From an uncultured delta proteobacterium (lineage in GTDB: Bacteria; Myxococcota; Myxococcia; Myxococcales; Myxococcaceae): DNA of 64,000 nucleotides. The stretch is taken from NCBI GenBank assembly GCA_963713045.1, contig CAVQKE010000004.1, forward strand, positions 448,001 through 512,000, given 5' to 3'. Shown piece after piece: positions 28,901 through 38,576 of this stretch (positions are counted from its first letter, which is position 1; each line of letters starts with the position of its first letter). The position numbers were made by a program, and so were the translations under genes. The notes under the pieces were generated by a model that was not told where the DNA came from, did no database searches, and was given only the letters and a program-made list of their open reading frames with translations.

Positions 28901-29626
28901 TCAGCGGCTCTTCTGAATGCTACCGCTGCCGCGGGTGACGGCACTGACTGCTGCGGCCTCGCCCGTCCAGCGAATGTCCCCGGAGCCGTTGACGGCGAAT
29001 TGCACCGCGCCTCCGGCGACGTGCAGTTCGGCATCTCCCGAGCCATCCACCTCCACCGACGCATTCTTCGCCGCAAAGCCTGCGGCCTTGAGGTCCCCGG
29101 ACCCTTCAATGGAGACCGAGAGACTCCCGGTGCCCCCGGCCAGGCTGACGTTGCCGGAGCCCGCGATGGACACTGTCATCGCAGAGGACTTGCCGGTGTA
29201 GTTGATGTCCCCGGAGCCCGAGATGCTCAGCGCGACGTCGCTGCTTCGCTCGAAGCCGGCCACCTCCAGGTCGCCGCTGCCGAAGATGGAAGCGCCCCGA
29301 AACTCGGGCATGGTGAGGAGCAGGGTATTTTTCCCCCGGAGGTGCAGCGAGTGCTCGTTGGAGGTGACGACCAGCGTATCTCCCCGGACTTCGGTGGAGA
29401 TTTTGCTGGCATTGTCAGCATCCCGGAGCTCCAGAACGAGGGAGAAGTCCTTCCCCGGCTGGATGGTGACGTCGAGCGGGACGTGCAGTTCCACTCGGCT
29501 AAACCCCTGGACCGAGCGCTTCACCGTGTCGGCCTGGACGGGGACCACCAACAGGGAGGCCGCCACCAGGGCGGCTTTGGGCAGCCAAGCGCGCATGACC
29601 GCTCTACGTCCGGCCTCAATCTTCAT
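28901..29626 (-). CDS. DUF2807 / head-GIN (beta-helix) domain protein
   Basis: Signal peptide and repeated (I/V)xGSG(D/N) strands. GGGAGG SD before ATG 29626. Confidence 0.85.
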   Translation of the reverse strand: MKIEAGRRAVMRAWLPKAALVAASLLVVPVQADTVKRSVQGFSRVELHVPLDVTIQPGKDFSLVLELRDADNASKISTEVRGDTLVVTSNEHSLHLRGKNTLLLTMPEFRGASIFGSGDLEVAGFERSSDVALSISGSGDINYTGKSSAMTVSIAGSGNVSLAGGTGSLSVSIEGSGDLKAAGFAAKNASVEVDGSGDAELHVAGGAVQFAVNGSGDIRWTGEAAAVSAVTRGSGSIQKSR

Positions 29627-29700
29627 TGCCCCGCCTCCCCTGGAAGTTGCCGTGGGACTCCCCTCTGGACCGCCCCCGCCCGCCGAGGGGCCGGGTAGGC

Positions 29701-29730
29701 TTGACCTCACCCGGAGGCCGCGCCTAGGTT
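29701..29730 (+). promoter_or_regulatory. Possible sigma70-type promoter for rpsA
   Basis: TTGACC-N18-TAGGTT about 135 nt upstream of the rpsA ATG. Confidence 0.35.
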
Positions 29731-29864
29731 GCGCGCGCCTCTGGTCTCCTTAGCTTAGAAGGCTTGGGCCATGGGCAGCCCCGGTGCTTGAACCCCACGC
29801 CGAGGTCTGTCCGAGCAATGCCAAACCCCTGGGGCGGTTGTGTTACCCGAAGGATAACCTTTTC

Positions 29865-31577
29865 ATGCAGCAGAACGTGAACCAGCCGGTCGGTATGGAC
29901 GGCGAGGAAGATTTCGCCGCGCTCTTCGAGGCCTCACTCAAGGACCGTGGACATGATGGTCTCTTGAAGGAAGGCGACCTGGTCAAGGGCACCGTGGTTC
30001 AGGTGACGAAGGACTACGCCGTCGTTGACATCGGCTACAAGTCTGAGGGGCAGATTCCCATCGGCGAGTTCACCAACCCGCGCGGCGAAGTCACGGTTCA
30101 TGCCGGTGACCCGGTGGAAGTGCTCCTCGAAAGCCGTGAAAACGATACCGGGATGGTCGTCCTCTCCAAGGAGAAGGCCGACAAGATGCGCATTTGGGAC
30201 GAGATTTCCGCGGCCTGCGAGCGCGACGAAATCGTCAAGGGCGTCATTGTCGGTCGGGTCAAGGGTGGACTGAGCGTCGACATTGGCGTCAAGGCCTTCC
30301 TTCCCGGGAGTCAGGTGGACATTCGCCCGGTGCGAAACCTCGACCAGTACCTGGGCAAGGACTTCGAGTTCAAAGTCATCAAGTTCAACAAGAAGCGCGG
30401 CAACATTGTCCTCTCCCGCCGCGTGTTGCTGGAGAAGCAGCGCGAAGAGCTCAAGAAGGAGACGCTGAAGAATCTCCGCGAGGGCGCGGTGCTGAAGGGC
30501 GTGGTGAAGAACCTCACCGACTATGGAGCCTTCATCGACCTCGGTGGCATCGACGGGCTGTTGCACATTACCGACATGTCCTGGGGCCGCATCGGACACC
30601 CCTCGGAGATGTTCAACGTCGGCGACGAAGTGAAGGTGGTGGTCCTCAAGTTCGACTCCACCCAAGAGCGTGTCTCCCTCGGCCTCAAGCAAATTCAAGA
30701 GGACCCCTGGCACCGGGCCGATGAGAAATACCCGGTGGGGACACGCATTCACGGCAAGGTGGTCAGCCTCACCGACTACGGGGCCTTTGTGGAGATTGAG
30801 CAGGGCGTCGAAGGACTGGTGCACGTCTCAGAAATGTCCTGGAACAAGCGCCTCAAACACCCGAGTAAGGTGCTCGAAGTGGGCCGCGACGTCGAAGCAG
30901 TGGTGCTCGACATCGACCCCAAGGCCAAGCGCATCGCGCTCGGGATGAAGCAGACGGAGCAGAACCCCTGGACGCTTCTCGAGGACAAGTACCCCATCGG
31001 AACCCAAATCAAGGGGCAAGTCCGCAATGTCACCGACTTCGGCATCTTCGTCGGCGTCGAGGAGGGCGTGGACGGGTTGGTGCACGTCTCCGACATCTCC
31101 TGGACGCAGCGAATCAAGCACCCCGGCGAGATGTTCAAGAAGGGCGACGAGGTCGAGGCGGTCGTCCTCAACATCGACGTCGAGAACGAGCGCTTCTCCC
31201 TCGGCATCAAACAGCTCCACCCGGACCCATGGGACACCCTCAGCGAGCGTGTTCCGGTCGGCAGCCGCATCAAGGGCAAAATCACCAAGACCACCGACTT
31301 CGGCGCCTTCGTCGAGATTGAGCCTGGCATTGAAGGCTTGGTGCACGTCTCGGAACTGAAGGATGAGCGGGTGGAGAACCCACGGGACGTGGTGACCGAG
31401 GGCCAGGAGGTCGAAGTCAAAGTCATCGACATCAACACCCAGGACCGCAAGGTGGCCCTGTCGATGAAGGCGCTGCTGCATGAGGGCGGAGATGACTACA
31501 AGGAATACCTGCGCAAGCAGGCAGAGGGTAGCCGCGCCCGTCTGGGGGATGTGATGGGCAGCAAGCTCAAGCGCTGA
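29865..31577 (+). CDS. rpsA: 30S ribosomal protein S1
   Basis: Six S1 repeats (DIGYKSEG, AFLPGSQVD, TDYGAFIDLGGIDGLLH, EGLVHVSE and others). Confidence 0.98.
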   Translation: MQQNVNQPVGMDGEEDFAALFEASLKDRGHDGLLKEGDLVKGTVVQVTKDYAVVDIGYKSEGQIPIGEFTNPRGEVTVHAGDPVEVLLESRENDTGMVVLSKEKADKMRIWDEISAACERDEIVKGVIVGRVKGGLSVDIGVKAFLPGSQVDIRPVRNLDQYLGKDFEFKVIKFNKKRGNIVLSRRVLLEKQREELKKETLKNLREGAVLKGVVKNLTDYGAFIDLGGIDGLLHITDMSWGRIGHPSEMFNVGDEVKVVVLKFDSTQERVSLGLKQIQEDPWHRADEKYPVGTRIHGKVVSLTDYGAFVEIEQGVEGLVHVSEMSWNKRLKHPSKVLEVGRDVEAVVLDIDPKAKRIALGMKQTEQNPWTLLEDKYPIGTQIKGQVRNVTDFGIFVGVEEGVDGLVHVSDISWTQRIKHPGEMFKKGDEVEAVVLNIDVENERFSLGIKQLHPDPWDTLSERVPVGSRIKGKITKTTDFGAFVEIEPGIEGLVHVSELKDERVENPRDVVTEGQEVEVKVIDINTQDRKVALSMKALLHEGGDDYKEYLRKQAEGSRARLGDVMGSKLKR

Positions 31578-31598
31578 GCGGCTGGCCACGTCCCAACG

Positions 31599-31641
31599 AG
31601 GGCCGGGTCCTCCCACCTGAGGTTTCCGGCCCTTCCTGTTT
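31599..31641 (+). terminator. Putative intrinsic terminator after rpsA
   Basis: AGGGCCGG...CCGGCCCT stem followed by TCCTGTTT. Confidence 0.4.
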
Positions 31642-31792
31642 CCGCTGCCGCGGACCGGTTTGTCCGGTTGCGTCATAACGCCGAGCGCCGCCCCTGCGGC
31701 GTCGGGGGCCCCGCCCACCTACCTTGACCGGCACAGAAGCGGGCACAATAAACGAGGGACAGGGGCTTCATCGCCCCGACAGGAGTGACGTC

Positions 31793-32974
31793 ATGGCTCG
31801 CGAAGTGGTGATTGTTGGTGCGGCTCGAACGCCAGTGGGGTCCTTTCTCGGGGGGCTTTCTCCGTTGACCGCGCCGCAGCTCGGGGCGGCGGCCATCAAG
31901 GCTGCGCTCGAGCGGTCGGGCGTCCCAGCCTCCGCCGTCGACGAGGTTTGGATGGGAAACGTGCTGCAGGCGGGAGTCGGTCAGGCTCCAGGCCGCCAGG
32001 CTGCGCTTTTCGCCGGTCTGCCCGACTCGGTGAGCTGCACCACGCTCAACAAGGTGTGCGGTTCCGGCCTCCAGGCCGTGGTGGCCGCCGCCCACGCCAT
32101 CGCCGTCGGAGACGCCGAGGTGGTGATTGCCGGGGGAATGGAATCCATGAGCAACGCCCCCTACCTAAGCCACACCATGCGGACCGGGGCACGCATGGGG
32201 AACGTCGAGTTCAAGGACGCGATGATTTTGGACGGGCTGTGGGATGTCTACAACCAACAGCACATGGGCATGTGCGCTGAGGCCTGCGCCGCGGAATACA
32301 AAATCAGCCGGGCCGCCCAGGACGAGTTTGCAGTCGAATCCACCAACCGAGCGATTCGTGCTCAGAAGGAGGGCGCCTTCAAGGCCGAGATTGTCGGCGT
32401 CAGCGTGCCCCAGAAGAAGGGCGACCCCATCCTGGTGACCGAGGACGAGGGCCCCAAATCAGCCAGGCCGGAAAAAATCGCCACCCTCAAGCCCGTTTTC
32501 AAGAAGGACGGCACGGTGACCGCGGCCAACGCCTCCAGCATCAACGACGGCGGTGCGGCGGTGGTGGTGATGAGCGCTGAACGAGCCAAGGCCGAGGGCC
32601 GCACCATCCTCGCTCGCATTGTCGGACAGGCGTCCGCTGCGCGGAAGCCCGTGGAATTCACGGTTGCACCGGCCGACGCCATCAACAAACTGCTCGCCAA
32701 GACTGGCCGTCGCGCGAGCGAGGTGGACCTTTGGGAAATCAACGAGGCTTTTGCGGTGGTGGCCATTGTCAACAACCAGCTGCTCAAGCTGGACCCAGCC
32801 AAGGTCAATGTCCGTGGCGGCGCCACCTCCCTCGGGCATCCCATCGGCGCCTCAGGGGCGAGAATTCTCACCACGCTGCTGTACGCAATGAAGGACTTCA
32901 ACAAGAAGCTCGGCGTGGCCTCCCTGTGCATCGGCGGCGGAGAGGGCATCGCGCTCATGGTTGAGCGGCCGTAG
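31793..32974 (+). CDS. Acetyl-CoA C-acetyltransferase (thiolase)
   Basis: NKVCGSG, EINEAFA, GHPIGASGAR, SLCIGGGEG. AGGAG SD. Confidence 0.96.
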   Translation: MAREVVIVGAARTPVGSFLGGLSPLTAPQLGAAAIKAALERSGVPASAVDEVWMGNVLQAGVGQAPGRQAALFAGLPDSVSCTTLNKVCGSGLQAVVAAAHAIAVGDAEVVIAGGMESMSNAPYLSHTMRTGARMGNVEFKDAMILDGLWDVYNQQHMGMCAEACAAEYKISRAAQDEFAVESTNRAIRAQKEGAFKAEIVGVSVPQKKGDPILVTEDEGPKSARPEKIATLKPVFKKDGTVTAANASSINDGGAAVVVMSAERAKAEGRTILARIVGQASAARKPVEFTVAPADAINKLLAKTGRRASEVDLWEINEAFAVVAIVNNQLLKLDPAKVNVRGGATSLGHPIGASGARILTTLLYAMKDFNKKLGVASLCIGGGEGIALMVERP

Positions 32975-32985
32975 CTGCTTGCACT

Positions 32986-33309
32986 GTGGCCAGGAGTCTT
33001 CCACCTCCCAAGGGCTTCCTCCTGCGCACCGGGCAGCGGTGGCGCTATGAGCTGCCAGCAGCGGGCTTCATTTCCTGTGGCATCGCACTGATGCTCGGCG
33101 GCGGGCGGAGGAGTCCGCTCTTGCTCGGGCTGGCCATCGCAAACTTCGTCCTCATGTGCCTGTGGGCCCGTTGCCCCAGGTGTGGGACTGCCGTGGTGTG
33201 GCGCGTTCTCACCCGGACCAGCGTCTGGCGGTGGATGAGCGCCGTCCTGGACCTCCGGCAATGTCCGGCGTGCCGCTTCGAAGGCTCAACCCATGAAGCC
33301 AGAGGCTGA
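32986..33309 (+). CDS. Small membrane protein with two CxxC motifs
   Basis: Two hydrophobic segments, CPRC and CPAC (possible Zn ribbon). Confidence 0.55.
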   Translation: MARSLPPPKGFLLRTGQRWRYELPAAGFISCGIALMLGGGRRSPLLLGLAIANFVLMCLWARCPRCGTAVVWRVLTRTSVWRWMSAVLDLRQCPACRFEGSTHEARG

Positions 33310-33429
33310 CCCGGGGCGGCCACCGTTGGGGAATGCCTCCCCCAGTTCTAGCGGCTGCGGCCGCGACTGGCGTACAAGCCCCTGCACATAGCAGCCCTCA
33401 GCCAGCCGTTCCCCCCCAGGAGCGATGAC

Positions 33430-34128
33430 ATGAACAAAGTCGTGCCGTCAGCCGATGCGGCAGTCGCGGACATCCCAGATGGGGCCGTCATCATGAGCGG
33501 CGGCTTTGGGCTGTGCGGCAACCCCGAGAATCTCATCGCCGCGCTCCACCGCAGAGGTTCGAAGGACCTCACCATCATCTCCAACAACTGCGGGACCACC
33601 GAGCTTGGTCTTGGCATCCTGCTCAAAGCTCGCCAGGTGAAGAAGATGGTGGCCAGCTACGTCGGCGAGAATAAGGAGTTCGAGCGCCAGCTGCTCGCCG
33701 GCGAGCTCCAGGTGGAGCTCACTCCGCAGGGCACACTCGCCGAGCGCATTCGGGCCGGTGGGTGCGGCATCGGGGGGTTCTTGACTCAGACGGGCGTCGG
33801 CACCGACATTGCGAAGGGCAAAGAGGTCCGCACCATCGACGGGCGCGAGTACCTGCTGGAGCTCCCGCTCAAGGCGGACTTCGCGCTCATCCGGGCCTTT
33901 CGCGCCGACAAATGGGGCAACTGCGTTTTTCGCGAGACGGCCCGCAACTTTTCCCCGCTGATGGCCATGGCTGCCCGCACCACCATCGTCGAGGCCGAGC
34001 ACTTGGTCGAAGTGGGCCAACTGGACCCCGACCAGGTGCACACCCCAAGCATCTTTGTGCACCGCGTCTTCCAGGGTCGCGACCATCAGAAGTGGATAGA
34101 GAAGCGCACCGTTCGACCGCGGCGCTAA
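33430..34128 (+). CDS. scoA: 3-oxoacid CoA-transferase subunit A
   Basis: GGFGLCGNPE, SYVGEN, PQGTLAERIRAGG.GI, TARNF.P. Confidence 0.92.
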   Translation: MNKVVPSADAAVADIPDGAVIMSGGFGLCGNPENLIAALHRRGSKDLTIISNNCGTTELGLGILLKARQVKKMVASYVGENKEFERQLLAGELQVELTPQGTLAERIRAGGCGIGGFLTQTGVGTDIAKGKEVRTIDGREYLLELPLKADFALIRAFRADKWGNCVFRETARNFSPLMAMAARTTIVEAEHLVEVGQLDPDQVHTPSIFVHRVFQGRDHQKWIEKRTVRPRR

Positions 34129-34146
34129 ACCCCAGGGGAGACCAAC

Positions 34147-34800
34147 ATGGCTTTAACTCGTGAGCAGGTGGCCCAGCGCGTCGCCCTTGAGCTGAGGGAC
34201 GGCTTCTACGTCAATTTGGGCATCGGTTTGCCGACGCTCGTCGCCAACTACATTCCGCCCGGAATCGACATCCTGCTGCATTCGGAAAACGGACTGCTGG
34301 GCATTGGGCCGTGGCCTTTGGAAGGGGAGGAGGACCCGGACCTCATCAACGCCGGCAAGGAGACGGTGACGGCCGTCAAGGGCGCTTCGTTTTTCGACTC
34401 CGCCAATTCGTTCGGGATGATTCGCGGCGGCCACATCGAGTTCGCCGTACTGGGGGCGATGGAGGTCAGCGAGCATGGTGACCTGGCGAATTGGCTGATA
34501 CCTGGCAAGATGGTCAAGGGCATGGGGGGAGCGATGGACCTGGCCACTGGGGCCAAGCGCATCTACGTCGCCATGGAGCACGTCGCCAAGGACAAGCCCA
34601 AAATCCTCAAGAAGTGCTCGCTGCCCCTCACGCGGCCGCGGTGCGTTCATCACATCGTCACCGACCTCGCATTCATCGATGTGACGCCTGAGGGGTTGCT
34701 GCTGCGCGAAGTGGCCCAGGGAGTCACCCCCGAACTAGTGCAGGCCCTGACCGAACCCCGCCTGCGCATTGCCCCCGACCTCCGAGAAATGCCGGTCTAG
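34147..34800 (+). CDS. scoB: 3-oxoacid CoA-transferase subunit B
   Basis: [10 protein letters not shown], catalytic [18 protein letters not shown]. Confidence 0.92.
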   Translation: MALTREQVAQRVALELRDGFYVNLGIGLPTLVANYIPPGIDILLHSENGLLGIGPWPLEGEEDPDLINAGKETVTAVKGASFFDSANSFGMIRGGHIEFAVLGAMEVSEHGDLANWLIPGKMVKGMGGAMDLATGAKRIYVAMEHVAKDKPKILKKCSLPLTRPRCVHHIVTDLAFIDVTPEGLLLREVAQGVTPELVQALTEPRLRIAPDLREMPV

Positions 34801-34867
34801 CGGACCGCGGCCCGGTTCCTCTGCTAAACTAAAAACGGGTGTCCCACTGGGGGCGCCTTCCCGGGCC

Positions 34868-35260
34868 ATGGTGGACAAGCCGGACAACAACAGCGGGCGT
34901 CGCGACGACCGTCTCCAGCACGAGTTGCTGGTCGCCTACCGTTACCCAACTGTGGACGGATTCTTGACCGACTGGGCCACCAACCTGTCCCGGGGTGGCA
35001 TTTTCATCAACACCCGCAGCCCAGCCGACTTGGGCACTGTGGTGCGACTCATCCTCGAGCTGCCCGGAACCCCGGTCCCCTTTGAGCTTCGGGGCAGGGT
35101 CGCCCGTGTGCACGAATTCGACAATCCCACCAACCAAGTACCGGGGATGGCCATTGAATTCGTGGATGTCGATGACGCGCTCAAGGCGCAAATCGAGCAA
35201 TTTGTCGAACAGCTGCGCCAGGCGCTGCCCGATGCGGGGCGCATCCCGCGGACGCTTTAA
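34868..35260 (+). CDS. PilZ domain protein (TIGR02266-type)
   Basis: RRDDR (RxxxR) and NLSRGG (D/NxSxxG) c-di-GMP motifs, GIFINT..P, PGMAIEF. Confidence 0.85.
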   Translation: MVDKPDNNSGRRDDRLQHELLVAYRYPTVDGFLTDWATNLSRGGIFINTRSPADLGTVVRLILELPGTPVPFELRGRVARVHEFDNPTNQVPGMAIEFVDVDDALKAQIEQFVEQLRQALPDAGRIPRTL

Positions 35261-35265
35261 GACGC

Positions 35266-36609
35266 GTGGGGCGCGGGCCCACCAGCCCTCAAGCAGCTGC
35301 ACTCCTTGAGGTGTCCGTCGACCGCCTTGGCCTCGAGGGGGAGGGCATTGCCAACCACGCCGGCCGGGCCCTCTTCATCCCAGGCGCGTTGCCCGGCGAG
35401 CGGGTCCGCGTGCGTCTCGAGAGCAAAGGCAAGGTGTTGCGCGGGCGCCTTGAGGACGTCCTCGTCCCCAGTCCTCAGCGACGCACGCCGTACTGCCCGC
35501 TGGCCGACCGCTGTGGCGGCTGCGACTGGATGCAACTTGTCCCCGAGGCGCAGGTTGTGGAGAAACAACGCCTCGTCCTCGACGCGCTGACGCGCATCGG
35601 CCGGGTGCCTGGCGGCAGCTTTGAGGTCTTGCCACCGGCCGGGACGGGAACGGACGCCGGCACGCGACGCCGCGCAATTCTTCACCGAGTGTCCCATGGC
35701 CTTGGGTTCTTTGGACGGCGCAGTCACGAAGCGGTCCGGGTGGACACGTGCCCCGCGCTGGTTCGCCGGCTGGCCAATTTGCCTGGGCATCTCGCCCCGC
35801 TGCTCCAGCCCATCGCCCGCAGCCTCAAAGCGGTGCACCTGCTCGCCGCGGACGACCGCAGCAACTCCTTCGCTCTGGTGCTGGATGGCCCGGTCCGCCA
35901 GAGAGTGCGGGAGGTGGCGGAAGGCCTCGTCCGCACCGCCGTTGCCCAGGGGGTGGTGCTCATCGAGCCCGAGGGTCGTTTCGAAGAAGTCGGTAAGCCG
36001 GTACTGGAGGCTCCAGCCCCGGGCCGGCCGGAGGTGCGGTTGCGGCTGCGGCCGGACGCGTTTGCCCAGGCCCACTCCGAAGGTGTCGCAGTGCTGGTGG
36101 AGCGAGCGCTGCAGCTGCTGGCCCCGCGGCCGGAGGCGCGCGCCCTTGAACTCTACGCCGGCAACGGCACCTTCACCTTCGCCCTAGCAGCCCGCGTCAC
36201 CTCGGTGGTAGCCGTCGAGTCCTCAGCGGTCTCGATTTCGCTCGCTTCTGCGGCGAGCAGGGCCGCAGGCATTACCAACATTCGGTTTGTGAACGGCGAC
36301 GCGGGCCGAGTCACCGAGGGCCTGGCAGGGGAGGGCGTGCGCTTCGACGTCCTGTTGGCCGACCCACCCCGCACCGGCGCCCCCAAACTCGCGCAGCTCG
36401 CCCTCGAAGTCGGGGTCCAAAGGCTGGTGTACGTCGGTTGCGATGCGGGCTCGCTGGCCCGCGACGCGGGCCGCCTGGTGCAAGCCGGCTTTCGGTTGGA
36501 GACGCTTCAGCTGGTGGACCTCTTCCCGAACACGCACCACGTCGAGGCGCTGCTCGCATTCTCGATTGGAGCGGCCCGAGGCTCCCCTTCAGTGTCGACG
36601 AGGCATTAG
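35266..36609 (+). CDS. 23S rRNA m5U methyltransferase (RlmD/RumA family)
   Basis: TRAM domain (ALPGERV), CP...CGGC, F.Q, LELYAGNG, DPPRTG, YVGC, DLFPNTHHVE. Confidence 0.88.
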   Translation: MGRGPTSPQAAALLEVSVDRLGLEGEGIANHAGRALFIPGALPGERVRVRLESKGKVLRGRLEDVLVPSPQRRTPYCPLADRCGGCDWMQLVPEAQVVEKQRLVLDALTRIGRVPGGSFEVLPPAGTGTDAGTRRRAILHRVSHGLGFFGRRSHEAVRVDTCPALVRRLANLPGHLAPLLQPIARSLKAVHLLAADDRSNSFALVLDGPVRQRVREVAEGLVRTAVAQGVVLIEPEGRFEEVGKPVLEAPAPGRPEVRLRLRPDAFAQAHSEGVAVLVERALQLLAPRPEARALELYAGNGTFTFALAARVTSVVAVESSAVSISLASAASRAAGITNIRFVNGDAGRVTEGLAGEGVRFDVLLADPPRTGAPKLAQLALEVGVQRLVYVGCDAGSLARDAGRLVQAGFRLETLQLVDLFPNTHHVEALLAFSIGAARGSPSVSTRH

Positions 36610-36624
36610 GATGCTCCGAAGGCC

Positions 36625-38022
36625 ATGGAAGCCCGCGTCGTCGAATTCGCCGAAGTCCTCCGTCAGAATGGGATACGGGTCAGCACGTCCGAAGTGATGG
36701 ACGGCGCTCGCGCGGCGGCACTGGTCGACCTTTCCGAACGCGAGAACCTTCGGAGCGTGCTTAGGACGACTCTGGTCAAGCGGTCGGCGGACGTCGAAGT
36801 CTTCGACCGAGCCTTCTTCCTCTTCTTTTCCGGGGCGACGCGGACCTTGGAAGCCCTCGAGGCTTCCCTCTTGGCCGCTCTCGAGGAACAGGGCCTCTTG
36901 TCCGGCGAAGAGCTGGCGAAAGTTCTGGCCGGACTTCGGGCTCTGAGCGGCCAGTTGGCACCGCTCAGCGACGCGGTCCTGGCCGGAGACCGTGCTCGGC
37001 TAGCTCATCTGTTGCGGGGCGCAGCCCTGCAGCTCGACTTCAGCCAGCTGCAAAGTCCACTTCAGTCGGGCTTTTTTGCACGCCGACTCCTCGCTGCCGC
37101 AGGGGGAGACCGACTTCACGGCGACCTCGAAGTCCTCGAAGCAGACCTCATCCGGCGAGGACTGTCGACCGCCGGTGTGGAGGTAGTGAGTCGGCGCCTC
37201 GCGGCGGCCCTGCGCGGCGTGGAGGCGGCGGCGCGCCGAGAGGTCGAACGCCAGGCACGGGCGCGCATTCGCCGACTGGACGGCCCGTTGGCCGAGCGCT
37301 CCCTCCAAGGCCTGTCGCGAGCCGAGCTGGCCCAGGCCGAGACCGCGGTGCGGAAGCTGGCCGAGCGCCTCAAGGCGCGCCTGTTGCGGCGCGAGCGCTC
37401 CCGTCGAAAGGGGGCCCTCAATGTGCGCCGAACGCTCCGCGGAAATATGGTGTGGGGTGGAGTGCCAATGGTTCCTCGGTTTCGCTCCCGACGGCCCGAG
37501 CGTCCGGAGGTGGTGGTGTTGTGCGACGTCTCGGAGTCGGTAAGGAACGTCAGCCGGCTGATGCTTCTTTTCATGCACACCCTTCAGTCACTTTTCGCAA
37601 GGGTGCGCTCCTTTGTCTTCGTTTCCGATTTGGGAGAGGTCACCGAGTACTTTCGGCTGCTGGCGCCGGAGCAAGCCATCGACCGCGCCGTCGCCGGCCA
37701 GGCCGTGTCGCTGCAGTCCAACTCAAACTACGGGCTGGCCTTCACCCGCTTCGTCCAGCGCGAGCTTGCCAGCATTCGCGCACGCACCACAGTTTTGGTG
37801 ATTGGCGACGGGCGCAACAACTACCACGCCTCTGGAGCGTGGGCCCTACGGGACATCCGCCGAAAAGCGCGTCGGCTGCTGTGGATTTGTCCCGAGGACA
37901 AGCAGGCCTGGGGGTTGGGAGACAGCGAGATGCGAACCTACGCCGCCATCTGCCAGCAAGTGAAGGTGGTCCGGAGTCTCGAGGACTTGACGCGCGTTGC
38001 CGATGCGCTGGTGCCGCGATGA
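36625..38022 (+). CDS. VWA (CoxE-like) domain protein
   Basis: MIDAS motif CDVSESV, SNYG, IGDGRNN, and N-terminal F...LR..GI.VS..E..D. Confidence 0.85.
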   Translation: MEARVVEFAEVLRQNGIRVSTSEVMDGARAAALVDLSERENLRSVLRTTLVKRSADVEVFDRAFFLFFSGATRTLEALEASLLAALEEQGLLSGEELAKVLAGLRALSGQLAPLSDAVLAGDRARLAHLLRGAALQLDFSQLQSPLQSGFFARRLLAAAGGDRLHGDLEVLEADLIRRGLSTAGVEVVSRRLAAALRGVEAAARREVERQARARIRRLDGPLAERSLQGLSRAELAQAETAVRKLAERLKARLLRRERSRRKGALNVRRTLRGNMVWGGVPMVPRFRSRRPERPEVVVLCDVSESVRNVSRLMLLFMHTLQSLFARVRSFVFVSDLGEVTEYFRLLAPEQAIDRAVAGQAVSLQSNSNYGLAFTRFVQRELASIRARTTVLVIGDGRNNYHASGAWALRDIRRKARRLLWICPEDKQAWGLGDSEMRTYAAICQQVKVVRSLEDLTRVADALVPR

Positions 38023-38495
38023 GCCGCCGACCAGGAACGCCGGAGCCGACGTTTTCGCGAGCGGACGCGCCCACCCTCGCGCTTTCCACCGTCCATCTGG
38101 ACGTTGCGAGACTGCGTCAACTGCTGGTCTTTGAGCGAACCCTGCTTCGGCTGGCTCCACCGGGTTGCTCGGCCGAGCAGACGGCCAAGGCCCACGCCGC
38201 TGCCGTCGCTGCGTCCGGAGTTGCGGCCTCAGAGGTCGAGGCGCCACTGGCTCTCCTGCGCCGCTTTGCGTCCAATCGCTCACTTGCGGCGAGCCTCACC
38301 GAGCGTCTGGGCCACCTCAGCGCGCGCGCCGCCCACGACGCGGTCGCAGAGGAGCAAGCCGCCGAGGTGCGTCGTCGGCTGGTTACCCTCGAAGAGGCGC
38401 TCCACATTCGGGAGGATCCGACCACCTGGCGCCTTCTCGAAAGCCATGCCACTGAGATTCTCGCCCTCTTTGCGGGCACATCCCCTGGCAAGTAA
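38019..38495 (+). CDS. Hypothetical protein
   Basis: ATGA overlap with the VWA stop and a helical Ala-rich ORF. Confidence 0.6.
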   Translation: MSRRPGTPEPTFSRADAPTLALSTVHLDVARLRQLLVFERTLLRLAPPGCSAEQTAKAHAAAVAASGVAASEVEAPLALLRRFASNRSLAASLTERLGHLSARAAHDAVAEEQAAEVRRRLVTLEEALHIREDPTTWRLLESHATEILALFAGTSPGK

Positions 38496-38576
38496 CGTGC
38501 TTCGGGAGGAAGCGGGGCCCTGTTTCCTGCAGCGACCTATGGCTCTCCTCGTCCTGCCATCCGGGGCCACACATCG

